In this document: piece after piece, positions 1 through 8,890 of the stretch
Layout: each line of letters begins with the position of its first letter
Position numbering within the stretch: the stretch's first letter is position 1
Source of the DNA: an uncultured bacterium
GTDB lineage: Bacteria; Latescibacterota; Latescibacteria; Latescibacterales; Latescibacteraceae
Direction: 5' to 3'
NCBI GenBank assembly: GCA_964497605.1
Contig: CAZCDQ010000001.1
Span: 1-62,717, forward strand
DNA length: 62,717 nucleotides
Notes under the pieces: model-generated
What the model was told of the DNA's origin: nothing
The model's input: the letters and a program-made list of their open reading frames with translations, nothing else
The model's database searches: none
Position numbers and translations under genes: made by a program

Positions 1-23
1 GCTTGATTTAAGCACGATTTGAT

Positions 24-45
24 ACCCCGGACTTCAGTCCGGGGT
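24..45 (+). terminator. GC-rich stem-loop, possibly a terminator or attenuator upstream of the sugar ABC operon
   Basis: Perfect 9-bp stem ACCCCGGAC (24-32) / GTCCGGGGT (37-45) with loop TTCA. It is followed by a T-rich stretch (AGTTCATTTATTCATT) on the plus strand. Confidence 0.4.
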
Positions 46-75
46 AGTTCATTTATTCATTCAAAAGGTTACAGT

Positions 76-1086
76 ATGAAGCCGATGAAACATATATTGT
101 TTTATATTGTATTGTTTACCTTTGGCGCGATGCTTTTTGCCGGCTGCGGCGGTTCGGGCGATGACGGCGATGCGTCGGGAGTGAGCGATACGCTGAGCAT
201 CGCGGTAATCCCCAAGGGGACGACGCACGAATTCTGGAAATCCATCCATGCCGGTGCTGTTAAAGCGCAGCGCGAAATCGGCAATGTCGAAATTATCTGG
301 AAAGGCCCGCTCAAGGAGGACGACCGCGAGGAGCAGGTGCAGGTGGTCGAGACATTTATTGCATCCCGTGTCGATGCGATTGTGCTTGCGCCGCTTGACG
401 ACCGTGCGCTTGTTATGCCGGTTCGTTCGGCATTAGAACAGAACATTCCCACGGTCATCATCGATTCGGACCTTCAAGGCGATTACCATATTTCTTTCGT
501 TGCGACCGACAATTACAAAGGCGGCCAGCTTGCTGGCGATCGCATGGGTGAGTTGCTCGGCGGCCGGGGCAAACTGGTGGTTCTGAGGTATCAGGAGGGA
601 AGTGCCTCCACGACGGCACGTGAGGCTGGATTCTTAGATACAATTAAATCAAAATATCCCGGTATCGAAATTCTCTCCGACAACCAGTACGCCGGTGCGA
701 CAACCGAGACCGCACAAAATGTCGCCGAGAATCTGCTGAATCGGTTCGGGGGCCTCGATGCCTTTTTCTCGCCGAACGAATCAAGCACATTCGGATCGCT
801 GCGAGCCATTCAGGACGCCGGGCTTACTGAAAATATAATATTCGTCGGATTCGATTCTTCGGAAAAGCTGATCGAAGCGATGGAAAAAGGCGAAATTCAG
901 GGATTAGTGCTTCAGAATCCTTTCAAAATGGGGTATGAGGGAGTAAAGACCGCGGTCGCACACCTGAACGGTGAAACAGTTGAGAAACAAATCGATACGG
1001 GCGTGACCCTTGCGACCCCCGAGAATATGAACGATCCGAATATTCAGGCGCTTCTGAAACCCGATATCGCGCAATATCTTGAATAA
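76..1086 (+). CDS. Periplasmic monosaccharide (ribose-type) ABC substrate-binding lipoprotein
   Basis: ORF 19-1086 trimmed to the ATG at 76 (MKPMKHILF...). Signal peptide ends in the lipobox-like LFAGC. Type-I periplasmic-binding-protein motifs are present (IAVIPKGTTHEFW, VDAIVLAP, VATDNYKGG). It is the first gene of a binding protein/ATPase/permease operon. Confidence 0.85.
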   Translation: MKPMKHILFYIVLFTFGAMLFAGCGGSGDDGDASGVSDTLSIAVIPKGTTHEFWKSIHAGAVKAQREIGNVEIIWKGPLKEDDREEQVQVVETFIASRVDAIVLAPLDDRALVMPVRSALEQNIPTVIIDSDLQGDYHISFVATDNYKGGQLAGDRMGELLGGRGKLVVLRYQEGSASTTAREAGFLDTIKSKYPGIEILSDNQYAGATTETAQNVAENLLNRFGGLDAFFSPNESSTFGSLRAIQDAGLTENIIFVGFDSSEKLIEAMEKGEIQGLVLQNPFKMGYEGVKTAVAHLNGETVEKQIDTGVTLATPENMNDPNIQALLKPDIAQYLE

Positions 1087-1119
1087 AAAACTTGAAATGT
1101 CGAAATACCGCAGACAGAA

Positions 1120-2637
1120 ATGACTGAGCTTACAGGTTTATCGGAAAACACAATACTCGCCATGCGGGGTATAAAGAAATCGTTCGGCGGCGTGCACGCC
1201 CTGAACGGGGTTGATCTCGAGGTCAAGAAGGGCGAGGTTCATGCGCTCATCGGTGAAAACGGCGCCGGTAAATCGACGCTCATGAAAATTCTGTCCGGTG
1301 CGCTCTGTGCTGACAAGGGCAGTATCATGCTCGACGGTAAACCGTTCCGTCCGATGAAACCGATGGATGCGAGACTGTCCGGCATTTCGATGGTCTATCA
1401 GGAGCTGAACCTTGCTGAACACCTGACAGTCGAGGAAAATCTTACTCTCGGTATCGAGGATACAAAATTCGGCATAATTAAACGAGATACCTTTCGTGCA
1501 CGGATCAAGGACGCGCTGAAAACGCTCAACCATCCCAATCTCGCGCCGCAGACAAAAATCCGCGACCTTTCTCCAGCAGCCCGCCAGCTTGTTGAAATTG
1601 CCCGCGGACTTATTACCGACAATATGGTCTTTGTCCTTGACGAGCCGACATCGTCACTCTCGCACGACGATATGCGGCAGCTTTTCGAGGTGATCAGAAA
1701 ACTGAAAACGGGCGGTGTCAGCATTATCTATATCAGCCATTTTCTCGAGGAGGTTGCCGAGATCGCCGACCGTTTCACTGTGCTCCGTGACGGCGAAACA
1801 GTTGCAACCGGCGATGCGAAAGAGACATCCATCGATAAAATCATTGAATACATGGTCGGCCGGTCCCTTGATGAGATGTTCCCTCGTATTCCGCACGATA
1901 TCGGCGACGAATTCCTGCGAATTGAGGGATTGAAAGGTGAAAAGCTTCCGGTTGAGGTTAATGTGACGGTCAGACGGGGTGAAATCCTCGGCATTGCGGG
2001 GCTTGTCGGCGCCGGACGGACCGAATCGTTCAGGGTGCTCTATGGTCTGCAGGAATTCGAATCGGGCACCTTTACCATAGGCTTTCACCACGAAATATCA
2101 GGCCCTGTCACACCGCATCGCATGATTAACCAGGGTATCGCGTTCCTTTCGGAGGACAGAAAGACAGAGGGGCTTGCGCTCGAGCGTTCTATTGCGGAGA
2201 ACATCACGCTTTCGACACTGCCCTCGCTTGCGAAATGGGGCATGGTACACAGTAAAACGTTGAATGACGCAGCGGGCGTTTGGATCGACCGTTTGTCAGT
2301 TAAGCTCGACACTCTTACCGACCGTACCGACAGCCTTTCGGGTGGCAATCAGCAGAAAGTTGCTCTCGCACGGCTCCTTCAGGAGGATGCCGATATCTAT
2401 CTGCTGGACGAGCCGACACGGGGTGTGGATGTTGGCTCGAAAGTCGAAATCTTCCGTCTTATCGGCGACCTTGCAGCACAGGGCAAAGCGATTGTGATTA
2501 TTAGTTCGTATTTTCCCGAACTGCTTGGCATCTGCGACACGATCGCGGTCATGCACCGCGGAGTGCTCGGACCGAAAAAACCGGTATCGGAATGGGACGA
2601 ATATTCTATCATGAACGAAGCTACCTCAGGAGTGTAA
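1120..2637 (+). CDS. Sugar ABC transporter ATP-binding protein with duplicated ATPase (RbsA/MglA type)
   Basis: Two ABC halves are visible: Walker A GENGAGKST and GLVGAGRTE, signature LSGGNQQK, Walker B VLDEPT / LLDEPT. Confidence 0.9.
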   Translation: MTELTGLSENTILAMRGIKKSFGGVHALNGVDLEVKKGEVHALIGENGAGKSTLMKILSGALCADKGSIMLDGKPFRPMKPMDARLSGISMVYQELNLAEHLTVEENLTLGIEDTKFGIIKRDTFRARIKDALKTLNHPNLAPQTKIRDLSPAARQLVEIARGLITDNMVFVLDEPTSSLSHDDMRQLFEVIRKLKTGGVSIIYISHFLEEVAEIADRFTVLRDGETVATGDAKETSIDKIIEYMVGRSLDEMFPRIPHDIGDEFLRIEGLKGEKLPVEVNVTVRRGEILGIAGLVGAGRTESFRVLYGLQEFESGTFTIGFHHEISGPVTPHRMINQGIAFLSEDRKTEGLALERSIAENITLSTLPSLAKWGMVHSKTLNDAAGVWIDRLSVKLDTLTDRTDSLSGGNQQKVALARLLQEDADIYLLDEPTRGVDVGSKVEIFRLIGDLAAQGKAIVIISSYFPELLGICDTIAVMHRGVLGPKKPVSEWDEYSIMNEATSGV

Positions 2638-2643
2638 TGCCGT

Positions 2644-3636
2644 ATGAACAATACACCGAACATGCTGTCAATAAAGAACGGCGCCGGCAAACAGATTAAG
2701 AATATTTTCTCACTTATCGGGCCGTTCATCGGTCTCGGTCTGATTCTTCTTCTATTCAGCATACTCGAACCGGATAAATTTCCGACATTTTTCAATTTTC
2801 TGACAGTTGCAAATCAAACGGTTATTGTTGCGCTTGCGGCAATGGGGATGACATTTATTATCATATCCGGCGGTATCGATCTTTCTGTCGGTTCGGTGAT
2901 TGCGCTTGTGACGGTAGTGACTGCGATTATGATTGATCACGGTTTCAGTCCCATGATCGCGGTTTTGGCGGGTGTTTTGTCCGGTACGGCGTGCGGTGCG
3001 GTTACGGGAGTGCTGATCGGGTATCTCGGCATCATTCCCTTTATTGCAACACTTGGTATGATGGGTATCGCACGCGGCACGGCAAAATGGTTTTCGGGTC
3101 AACAGAAAGTGGATGCCCCCATAACATGGCTCTGGGAGATCATGTCTCGTTCGCCGAAAATGGAATGGATACTGTTCTCCCCCGGCGTCTGGCTTATGAT
3201 CATTCTGGCGGTTGTTGTGGCGGTTATACTGCGGTATTCGGTCTTCGGTCGGTATACATTCGCAATCGGCTCGAACGAATCGACTGCCCGTCTTTGCGGT
3301 GTGCGTGTCGAACGGACAAAAGTCTACATCTATGTTTTTGCAGGATTTATGTCCGGACTTGCGGGTGTTATGCAGTTCTCACGTCTCACCGTGGGCGATC
3401 CCACGGTTGCCATCGGAAAAGAGCTTGATGTCATCGCTGCGGTTGTCATCGGCGGCGGATCGCTCAGCGGTGGTGAGGGTTCGATTCTCGGAACCCTTAT
3501 CGGCGCTTTTATCATGGCGTTTCTTAGAAACGGCTGCAACATGTCGGGCATCCCGAACTATGTGCAGGAAATCATAATTGGTGTCATTATTATCGGCGCA
3601 GTTGCCATCGACAAATTCCGCCATCGGAGGGGTTAG
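2644..3636 (+). CDS. Sugar ABC transporter permease (RbsC/AraH family)
   Basis: 330-aa polytopic membrane protein with the family-typical GGIDLSVGS, and GGGSLSGGEGSILGT near the C-terminus. It immediately follows the ATPase gene. Confidence 0.85.
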   Translation: MNNTPNMLSIKNGAGKQIKNIFSLIGPFIGLGLILLLFSILEPDKFPTFFNFLTVANQTVIVALAAMGMTFIIISGGIDLSVGSVIALVTVVTAIMIDHGFSPMIAVLAGVLSGTACGAVTGVLIGYLGIIPFIATLGMMGIARGTAKWFSGQQKVDAPITWLWEIMSRSPKMEWILFSPGVWLMIILAVVVAVILRYSVFGRYTFAIGSNESTARLCGVRVERTKVYIYVFAGFMSGLAGVMQFSRLTVGDPTVAIGKELDVIAAVVIGGGSLSGGEGSILGTLIGAFIMAFLRNGCNMSGIPNYVQEIIIGVIIIGAVAIDKFRHRRG

Positions 3637-3660
3637 AAGCCAGAGCAAAAAAACTGAGAG

Positions 3661-3679
3661 TTAATACTGTTAATACTGT
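3661..3679. repeat. Tandem 9-mer TTAATACTG x2 upstream of the nitroreductase gene (possible operator or -10 region)
   Basis: TTAATACTG at 3661-3669 is repeated exactly at 3670-3678. The repeat ends 22 nt before the ATG at 3702, and an SD-like AGAGGAAGGGA lies in between. Confidence 0.6.
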
Positions 3680-3701
3680 CAATTTTAAAGAGGAAGGGAA
3701 T

Positions 3702-4217
3702 ATGAACGTTTTAGAGGCGATTAAAACCAGATATAGTGTCAGGAATTTTACCTCGGAACCATTGCGTGAAAAAGACCTTGCCGAAATCCTTTATGCCGCA
3801 CGTTTTGCGCAGTCGGCCAAAAATTTTCAGGATTGGCGGCTGATTGTTGTCAGCGATCCGGATATGAAAGGAAAACTTGTTCCGGCATGCAGGAATCAGA
3901 GCTTTGTTGCCGACGCTGCGGCGCTGATTGTCTGCTGTGGCGTCAACACCGATTACGTGATGACCTGCGGACAGCATACATATAATCTCGATGTTGCCAT
4001 TGCCATGGAGAATATGGCGCTTGTTGCGCACGATATCGGACTCGGAGCCTGTTGGCTCGGCGCATTTTACGAGGATCAGGTGAAAGAGCTTCTCGGTGTG
4101 CCGGATGAGGGTGTACGTATTGTGGGTATTCTGGCTGTCGGGCATCCAGCCGAGCGTAAAGTCCCGGTTAAAAAACGCGAACCGCTCGAAAAAATTGTCA
4201 AATACGAGACATGGTAG
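3702..4217 (+). CDS. Nitroreductase family protein
   Basis: 171 aa. N-terminal RYSVRNF motif and a C-terminal GLGACWLG-type region typical of the FMN nitroreductase fold. A strong SD lies upstream. Confidence 0.8.
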   Translation: MNVLEAIKTRYSVRNFTSEPLREKDLAEILYAARFAQSAKNFQDWRLIVVSDPDMKGKLVPACRNQSFVADAAALIVCCGVNTDYVMTCGQHTYNLDVAIAMENMALVAHDIGLGACWLGAFYEDQVKELLGVPDEGVRIVGILAVGHPAERKVPVKKREPLEKIVKYETW

Positions 4218-4219
4218 AT

Positions 4220-5356
4220 TCAGCGGACGATATCTGATACTTTAATAAATGTTATTCCCGAGGCGGCGAGTTCGGGCAGGCGTTTCTCGAGCACTTCGAT
4301 TGTAAGCGGACGGTCGTGGCAGATTGCAACAACGATACCTTTTTCACGGGCGGCGGCGGCGATTTTATCGATCCGGTCATTCATGAAATCGCGATCGGCC
4401 TCAACGTCGATGTATGTATACAGCACCGCGCTTTTCACACCCATTTTCTGAGACAGCGAATATCCTTTTGAGTTATTCGAGGTCCGCGAATCCACAAAGA
4501 AATAGTTATTCTCGCTCAGATAATCCATTACAATTTCCATTGTCCGCAAATCCTCGGTTGCTTTTGAGCCCATATGATTATTGAGACCCTCGGCGCCGCG
4601 GACATCGCGGAATGCCCGTTCGAGCTTCTCCCTGATGTCGGTATTTCTGTCGACTGTGCGGATTGCTCCCTCGCCCGGATTCGCCGCGTATGACTTTGGT
4701 TCCATGGGCATGTGAAGGATATAGGGCGTGCCGGTTTCGTGGGCAAGTTCGACAACATCGTTCGTATGGAGTTGGAACGGCAGGATTGAAAGTGTCACAA
4801 CCTGTTCGAGATTACAGAGGCGCCGTGCGGACTCAAGATTTCTGGTACCGAGATCGTCCACAATGAGCGCAACCCGCGCCAGCGGCGGCTGAACGATATT
4901 GACCTTTCTAAGAACGATAAGATCGGTTGGTCTTCTGCCGGCGCCGACCCTGATAGTAAGCTGTCTACCGTTCGAGCTTTCCAATCCCTGAAACACCCTG
5001 CCGCCCATTTCATCGGCCATTTGGTGTATTTTCACATTGAATAGGGTAAGCGAACGATTTTCGGGGATTTGCACCGTGTAGACGTTGTTTATTTCACCGT
5101 GTGTCGAATCCGGTTCGCTTATGATGATTCCGTCTTCGTCGATACCGATTTCGGATAACAGCGACCGCAGATTCTTTTCGAGAATGAGCGAGAACGATTC
5201 CGCTGAAATGCGGAGCGGAATGATTGTGGGTTTTTCAACCGCTTCCGGCTTTAGAACAAGATACCATAGATAGGTCGATACAACCAGCGTAGCCACAGCA
5301 GTCAGCAACAAGAGAATATAGAGGAGAATGTTCTTTTTTTTACCGGACTCTGTCAC
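4220..5356 (-). CDS. Divergent polysaccharide deacetylase family protein (YibQ-like), membrane anchored
   Basis: N-terminal TM helix, then VALIVDDLG and NNHMGSKATED motifs characteristic of the YibQ/DUF610 family. Confidence 0.75.
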   Translation of the reverse strand: MTESGKKKNILLYILLLLTAVATLVVSTYLWYLVLKPEAVEKPTIIPLRISAESFSLILEKNLRSLLSEIGIDEDGIIISEPDSTHGEINNVYTVQIPENRSLTLFNVKIHQMADEMGGRVFQGLESSNGRQLTIRVGAGRRPTDLIVLRKVNIVQPPLARVALIVDDLGTRNLESARRLCNLEQVVTLSILPFQLHTNDVVELAHETGTPYILHMPMEPKSYAANPGEGAIRTVDRNTDIREKLERAFRDVRGAEGLNNHMGSKATEDLRTMEIVMDYLSENNYFFVDSRTSNNSKGYSLSQKMGVKSAVLYTYIDVEADRDFMNDRIDKIAAAAREKGIVVAICHDRPLTIEVLEKRLPELAASGITFIKVSDIVR

Positions 5357-5366
5357 CGTAACGCCT

Positions 5367-5957
5367 TTATTCGGTTAAACTGGTCTCGTCGATCCACCGG
5401 ATGATCAACCATTCGTTGTTATCGTTTTCGACCATGGCGAATTTCATGAACTGATGAACGCGCATTTCCCCATGCGTTTTAAATGAAAGGTCCATGGAGA
5501 TGTCGTAATTGTATATCCGCCAGATTTCATTCGGATGTTCCTCTGAAATCTGAGCATTCGCAGGTATAAGAGAATCGGGCATTGCGGAGCCGTATTCAAA
5601 TATTAACGAGGATTGAATCGGTGTAAAAACAAATGAAAGGCAATCGTCAAATAAGGATTCCATCACACTCACATCGGTTGAACGTGACCATGTCACATTG
5701 AGCGAATCGATGGTTGAAATGCTTTCGTAAAAATAGTTTTCGTGCAGGCATCGTTCATAGAGGTCTACATCGCGGTCGTTAAATGCCACTTTCAGATTCT
5801 CGATAACGACTTCCGGATGGACCGGGTCCTGCCATTTCCCAACCGAATTGTCGACCGTTTTTTCTCCCTCTTTTGGGGCAAAAATGCACGATTGTCCGAG
5901 GATAATCGCGGCGGTGAGCATACAGGCGATTGATATATATGTATGGTATCTTTTCAT
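5367..5957 (-). CDS. Hypothetical secreted or lipoprotein, paralog of 6038-6622
   Basis: Signal peptide ending in a Cys (LGQSC). Shares PE.V..NL..(A/S)F and C-terminal (E)W.I.RWID motifs with the neighbouring gene. No enzymatic motif recognised. Confidence 0.6.
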   Translation of the reverse strand: MKRYHTYISIACMLTAAIILGQSCIFAPKEGEKTVDNSVGKWQDPVHPEVVIENLKVAFNDRDVDLYERCLHENYFYESISTIDSLNVTWSRSTDVSVMESLFDDCLSFVFTPIQSSLIFEYGSAMPDSLIPANAQISEEHPNEIWRIYNYDISMDLSFKTHGEMRVHQFMKFAMVENDNNEWLIIRWIDETSLTE

Positions 5958-6037
5958 TGTCGTCTTGAAAACTTTCAGATTAACATCATATGAACAATGA
6001 TATGTTACACAGATGACGCTCGGTTCGCAATATATTT

Positions 6038-6622
6038 CTAAATATTCTGCGCTCTGAGTGCGCCCCAGGTTATGGAATTCTTATTGAGTCTGTGATCGAT
6101 CCAGCGGTAAATATACCACTCACCTTCGGAATCCTCACGGAAATAGAGCCATGCCTCACCCTCGATCTCGATCCTGTTCACCCCTTCACCGGCTGGATCG
6201 GTCTCAAAAATGAGCAAGTTGTATGTGAATTCGTACAAATTGGCACCCGGCACAATCGAGACGGTATCGAGAAAGATCGGTTTCCCCTCGATGCTGTCAG
6301 TGAAATTAATCCGCTGAAGGTAATTGTTTGCGAACTGGTTTTCCTTTTCATATCCCCAGCCGCTTCTGAAATCCTCTACATATTTGAGAGAATCCTCGGA
6401 GTCGGGACTGAAAATAAAATCCTCGGTGAATATAGCCATGTAATCTAACGTACTCAGACCCTCGAAAGACGATTCGAGGTTATATAGAACATTTTCCGGC
6501 GAGTTCGGCGGTTTGATCGCAGTACCATCGGAACCAGGCTCCTCGGGATCGCGTGTGCTGAACGGATTGTTGCACGAACCGAATATTAGCGTCAGAACGG
6601 CTATAAAAACAACCTTGCTCAT
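6038..6622 (-). CDS. Hypothetical lipoprotein, paralog of 5367-5957
   Basis: ORF 6038-6697. The preferred start is M26 (MSKVVFIAVLTLIFGSC, a signal peptide plus Cys) at 6622. Starts at 6664 or 6697 would overlap the M50 protease gene. C-terminal GEWYIYRWIDHR matches NEWLIIRWIDET of the neighbour. Confidence 0.55.
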   Translation of the reverse strand: MSKVVFIAVLTLIFGSCNNPFSTRDPEEPGSDGTAIKPPNSPENVLYNLESSFEGLSTLDYMAIFTEDFIFSPDSEDSLKYVEDFRSGWGYEKENQFANNYLQRINFTDSIEGKPIFLDTVSIVPGANLYEFTYNLLIFETDPAGEGVNRIEIEGEAWLYFREDSEGEWYIYRWIDHRLNKNSITWGALRAQNI

Positions 6623-6663
6623 AATTCGGACTGTCGATCTTGGATTAAACAATCTCCTCTCCA

Positions 6664-7575
6664 TTATTGGAATAAAACCGGTGTCGGCATTATACATAAA
6701 ATAAATATAATCATAGCGGTTGCCGCAATTGTTTTTCTGAGCGGATCAACTTCAGCATACATATTCTCGGGTGCCGGATGTCTCCCGCCTATGAACAGCA
6801 TCAGAACCGCCCAAACATACCAGCCGACCCAGAATGTCAGCCCCATTAACAGAAGCAACGGAATTCGTATCTTCCTAAGCAGATCGTGAATCCGCGGTGA
6901 AACTGCAAAAAGGATATGGCCGCCGTCGAGCTGTCCGAACGGTATAAGATTCAGCGAGGTCACAAATAATCCCAACCACCCCGCAAATGCGACTGGATGC
7001 AGCAATATATCGGTATTTTCAGGAAGGGGTCCAATGATAAAATATCCCAGAATTTTAAAAAGAAGCGATTCGCCGAGCGGAAGAGCGAGCACATTTTCGG
7101 AGGGTTGTATGGGTACAATCTCGGACATCGAAAGACCGGTCGCGGAGGCTGCGACCGCAATGATAAATCCCGCGATTGGCCCTGCTGCGCCGATATCGAT
7201 AAGCGCTTTTTTGTTGGGAATGGACGACTTGAGCCGGATGACCGCACCCATCGTACCTATCGCTGAAAACGGAAAAGGTATGAAATAGGGGAGTGTAGAA
7301 CGAACTTTCCAGAACCGGGCGGCAAAATAGTGGCCGAACTCATGAACTCCGAGGATGGTCAAAATAGTCATCGAATAGGGGAGCCCCCGGGTCATGCCGC
7401 CGAGACTGGTAAAAGGGTTTGCGCCGACCATGAGCGCACCCATGACTGTCGTCGAAAGGAGCGTAGCGAGAAACAGCACAACATTCGTTCCGTACCGGCC
7501 CTGTTTTCCCGGATCAGGGCGGAAATTCCTGAAATAGCCGTCGCGGCCGTTTATGATGATGCGTTTGTAAAGCAT
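6664..7575 (-). CDS. Site-2 protease family (peptidase M50) membrane metalloprotease
   Basis: HEFGH zinc motif inside a TM segment and a second NLIPFGQLDGGH motif. Polytopic membrane protein. Confidence 0.85.
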   Translation of the reverse strand: MLYKRIIINGRDGYFRNFRPDPGKQGRYGTNVVLFLATLLSTTVMGALMVGANPFTSLGGMTRGLPYSMTILTILGVHEFGHYFAARFWKVRSTLPYFIPFPFSAIGTMGAVIRLKSSIPNKKALIDIGAAGPIAGFIIAVAASATGLSMSEIVPIQPSENVLALPLGESLLFKILGYFIIGPLPENTDILLHPVAFAGWLGLFVTSLNLIPFGQLDGGHILFAVSPRIHDLLRKIRIPLLLLMGLTFWVGWYVWAVLMLFIGGRHPAPENMYAEVDPLRKTIAATAMIIFILCIMPTPVLFQ

Positions 7576-7576
7576 A

Positions 7577-8890
7577 TTACCTGCCGGAGATAGAAAGTTC
7601 CGTGAACATTACATCCGGCGTAAAGACCGTGCCGATAGGTTTAATTTCAGTACCCATCGCCGCAATATTTCCGAATGCGCTGTAAACGTTGCCTGAAAGC
7701 ATCGTATCGGAAAGCCTCCCGATTATCTCGCCGTTTTTGACAAGAAATCCGAGCATGACATTGAACGCAAAATCGCCCGCAATCAGATTCGACTGTCCTC
7801 CGCCGAGCACATCATAGACGACTACGCCCTCATTCATGGCCGCAATCATTGTACCGATATCCGACGATCCGCCGGAAAGCATAAGGTTCGAGGTGCCGAT
7901 CTGGGGCTGTGTGAGCATTCCGCGGTGTGCGCTTCCGGTGGCGGCATTCCCCGTTTTAGCGGCGGTATCGAGATCGAACAGAAAATCCTGAAAGACACCG
8001 TCCTTAAAAAGCGCATTTGTCCGCGAGGGAACGCCCTCATCGTCGAACGGCCTGCTGCCCGGAGCATTATCGATACGTGGATCGTCGGTCAGTGTAACCG
8101 ATCCGAGTACGCGCTCGCCGGATTTACCGATAAGCGGGCTGTCGCCATTCAGAAGCCGCCTGCCGTCCACACCCATCTCGACCGACTGGAGTAAATGCGG
8201 CATCTGGTCCGCAGCGAATATGACCGGAAAATTTCCTGTGATTTTCGGGGCTTTTTTCTCAGCGTTGACTGCTAACTCTGCGATATGCTCGACATACTGT
8301 TCAGTCCGCATCTCAAGCGTTCCGAAACTCCCGCCGTCGGAAATCCATAGTATGGAATCGCCGTCCACGAAGATCATGGTCACACCCTGGCTAAAACCGG
8401 TTTCGCGATACGATAGGTCGAGGCCGGTGGTGTTCGCTATTCGGACGGTTGATACAGTCGAGGTAAATTCAGTATAGGTCAATCCTTTCGGACAGCGTTC
8501 TTTCAGCATCTCAATCGTACGGTTACCCTCGGTAACCGCCGTTTCCGGCGAGAATGACTCCACTGCCGGATCGAACGTATTGACAATGCAGGTATCGGCA
8601 CTTCGCGGAAACTCGAAATCGGCTGTTTTACCATATTTTGACGCTGCAATCGCACGTTCGACCATATCGTCGATCCGACCGGGATCGGTTGAGGATGAAA
8701 ATCCGAGCCGTCCCTCATGAATCACTCTCAGTACCACGCCGAACGAACGCTTGCGGTTCGCATTCTTCAATATGCCGGCATCGAACGAGACATTTGTTTC
8801 GTCGGATTGTATGACAAACGCCTCGGCGGCGCCTGTTTTCCGTTTTGCTTTTTCAAGAAGGTTTTCGATCATGATGTGCCTGTTATCCAA
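7577..8890 (-). CDS. pmbA: TldD/PmbA family protein, PmbA-like (no HExxxH)
   Basis: 437 aa with TldD/PmbA-type organisation. Overlaps the stop of the upstream tldD-like gene by 8 nt. Lacks the metal motif, as PmbA does. An alternative start exists at 8872. Confidence 0.75.
   Translation of the reverse strand: MDNRHIMIENLLEKAKRKTGAAEAFVIQSDETNVSFDAGILKNANRKRSFGVVLRVIHEGRLGFSSSTDPGRIDDMVERAIAASKYGKTADFEFPRSADTCIVNTFDPAVESFSPETAVTEGNRTIEMLKERCPKGLTYTEFTSTVSTVRIANTTGLDLSYRETGFSQGVTMIFVDGDSILWISDGGSFGTLEMRTEQYVEHIAELAVNAEKKAPKITGNFPVIFAADQMPHLLQSVEMGVDGRRLLNGDSPLIGKSGERVLGSVTLTDDPRIDNAPGSRPFDDEGVPSRTNALFKDGVFQDFLFDLDTAAKTGNAATGSAHRGMLTQPQIGTSNLMLSGGSSDIGTMIAAMNEGVVVYDVLGGGQSNLIAGDFAFNVMLGFLVKNGEIIGRLSDTMLSGNVYSAFGNIAAMGTEIKPIGTVFTPDVMFTELSISGR

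Noticed and set aside
19-75. N-terminal extension of the sugar-binding protein ORF (start at 19)
   Set aside because: The extension is translated from the terminator-like hairpin region (24-45). The ATG at 76 yields a canonical signal peptide and lipobox.
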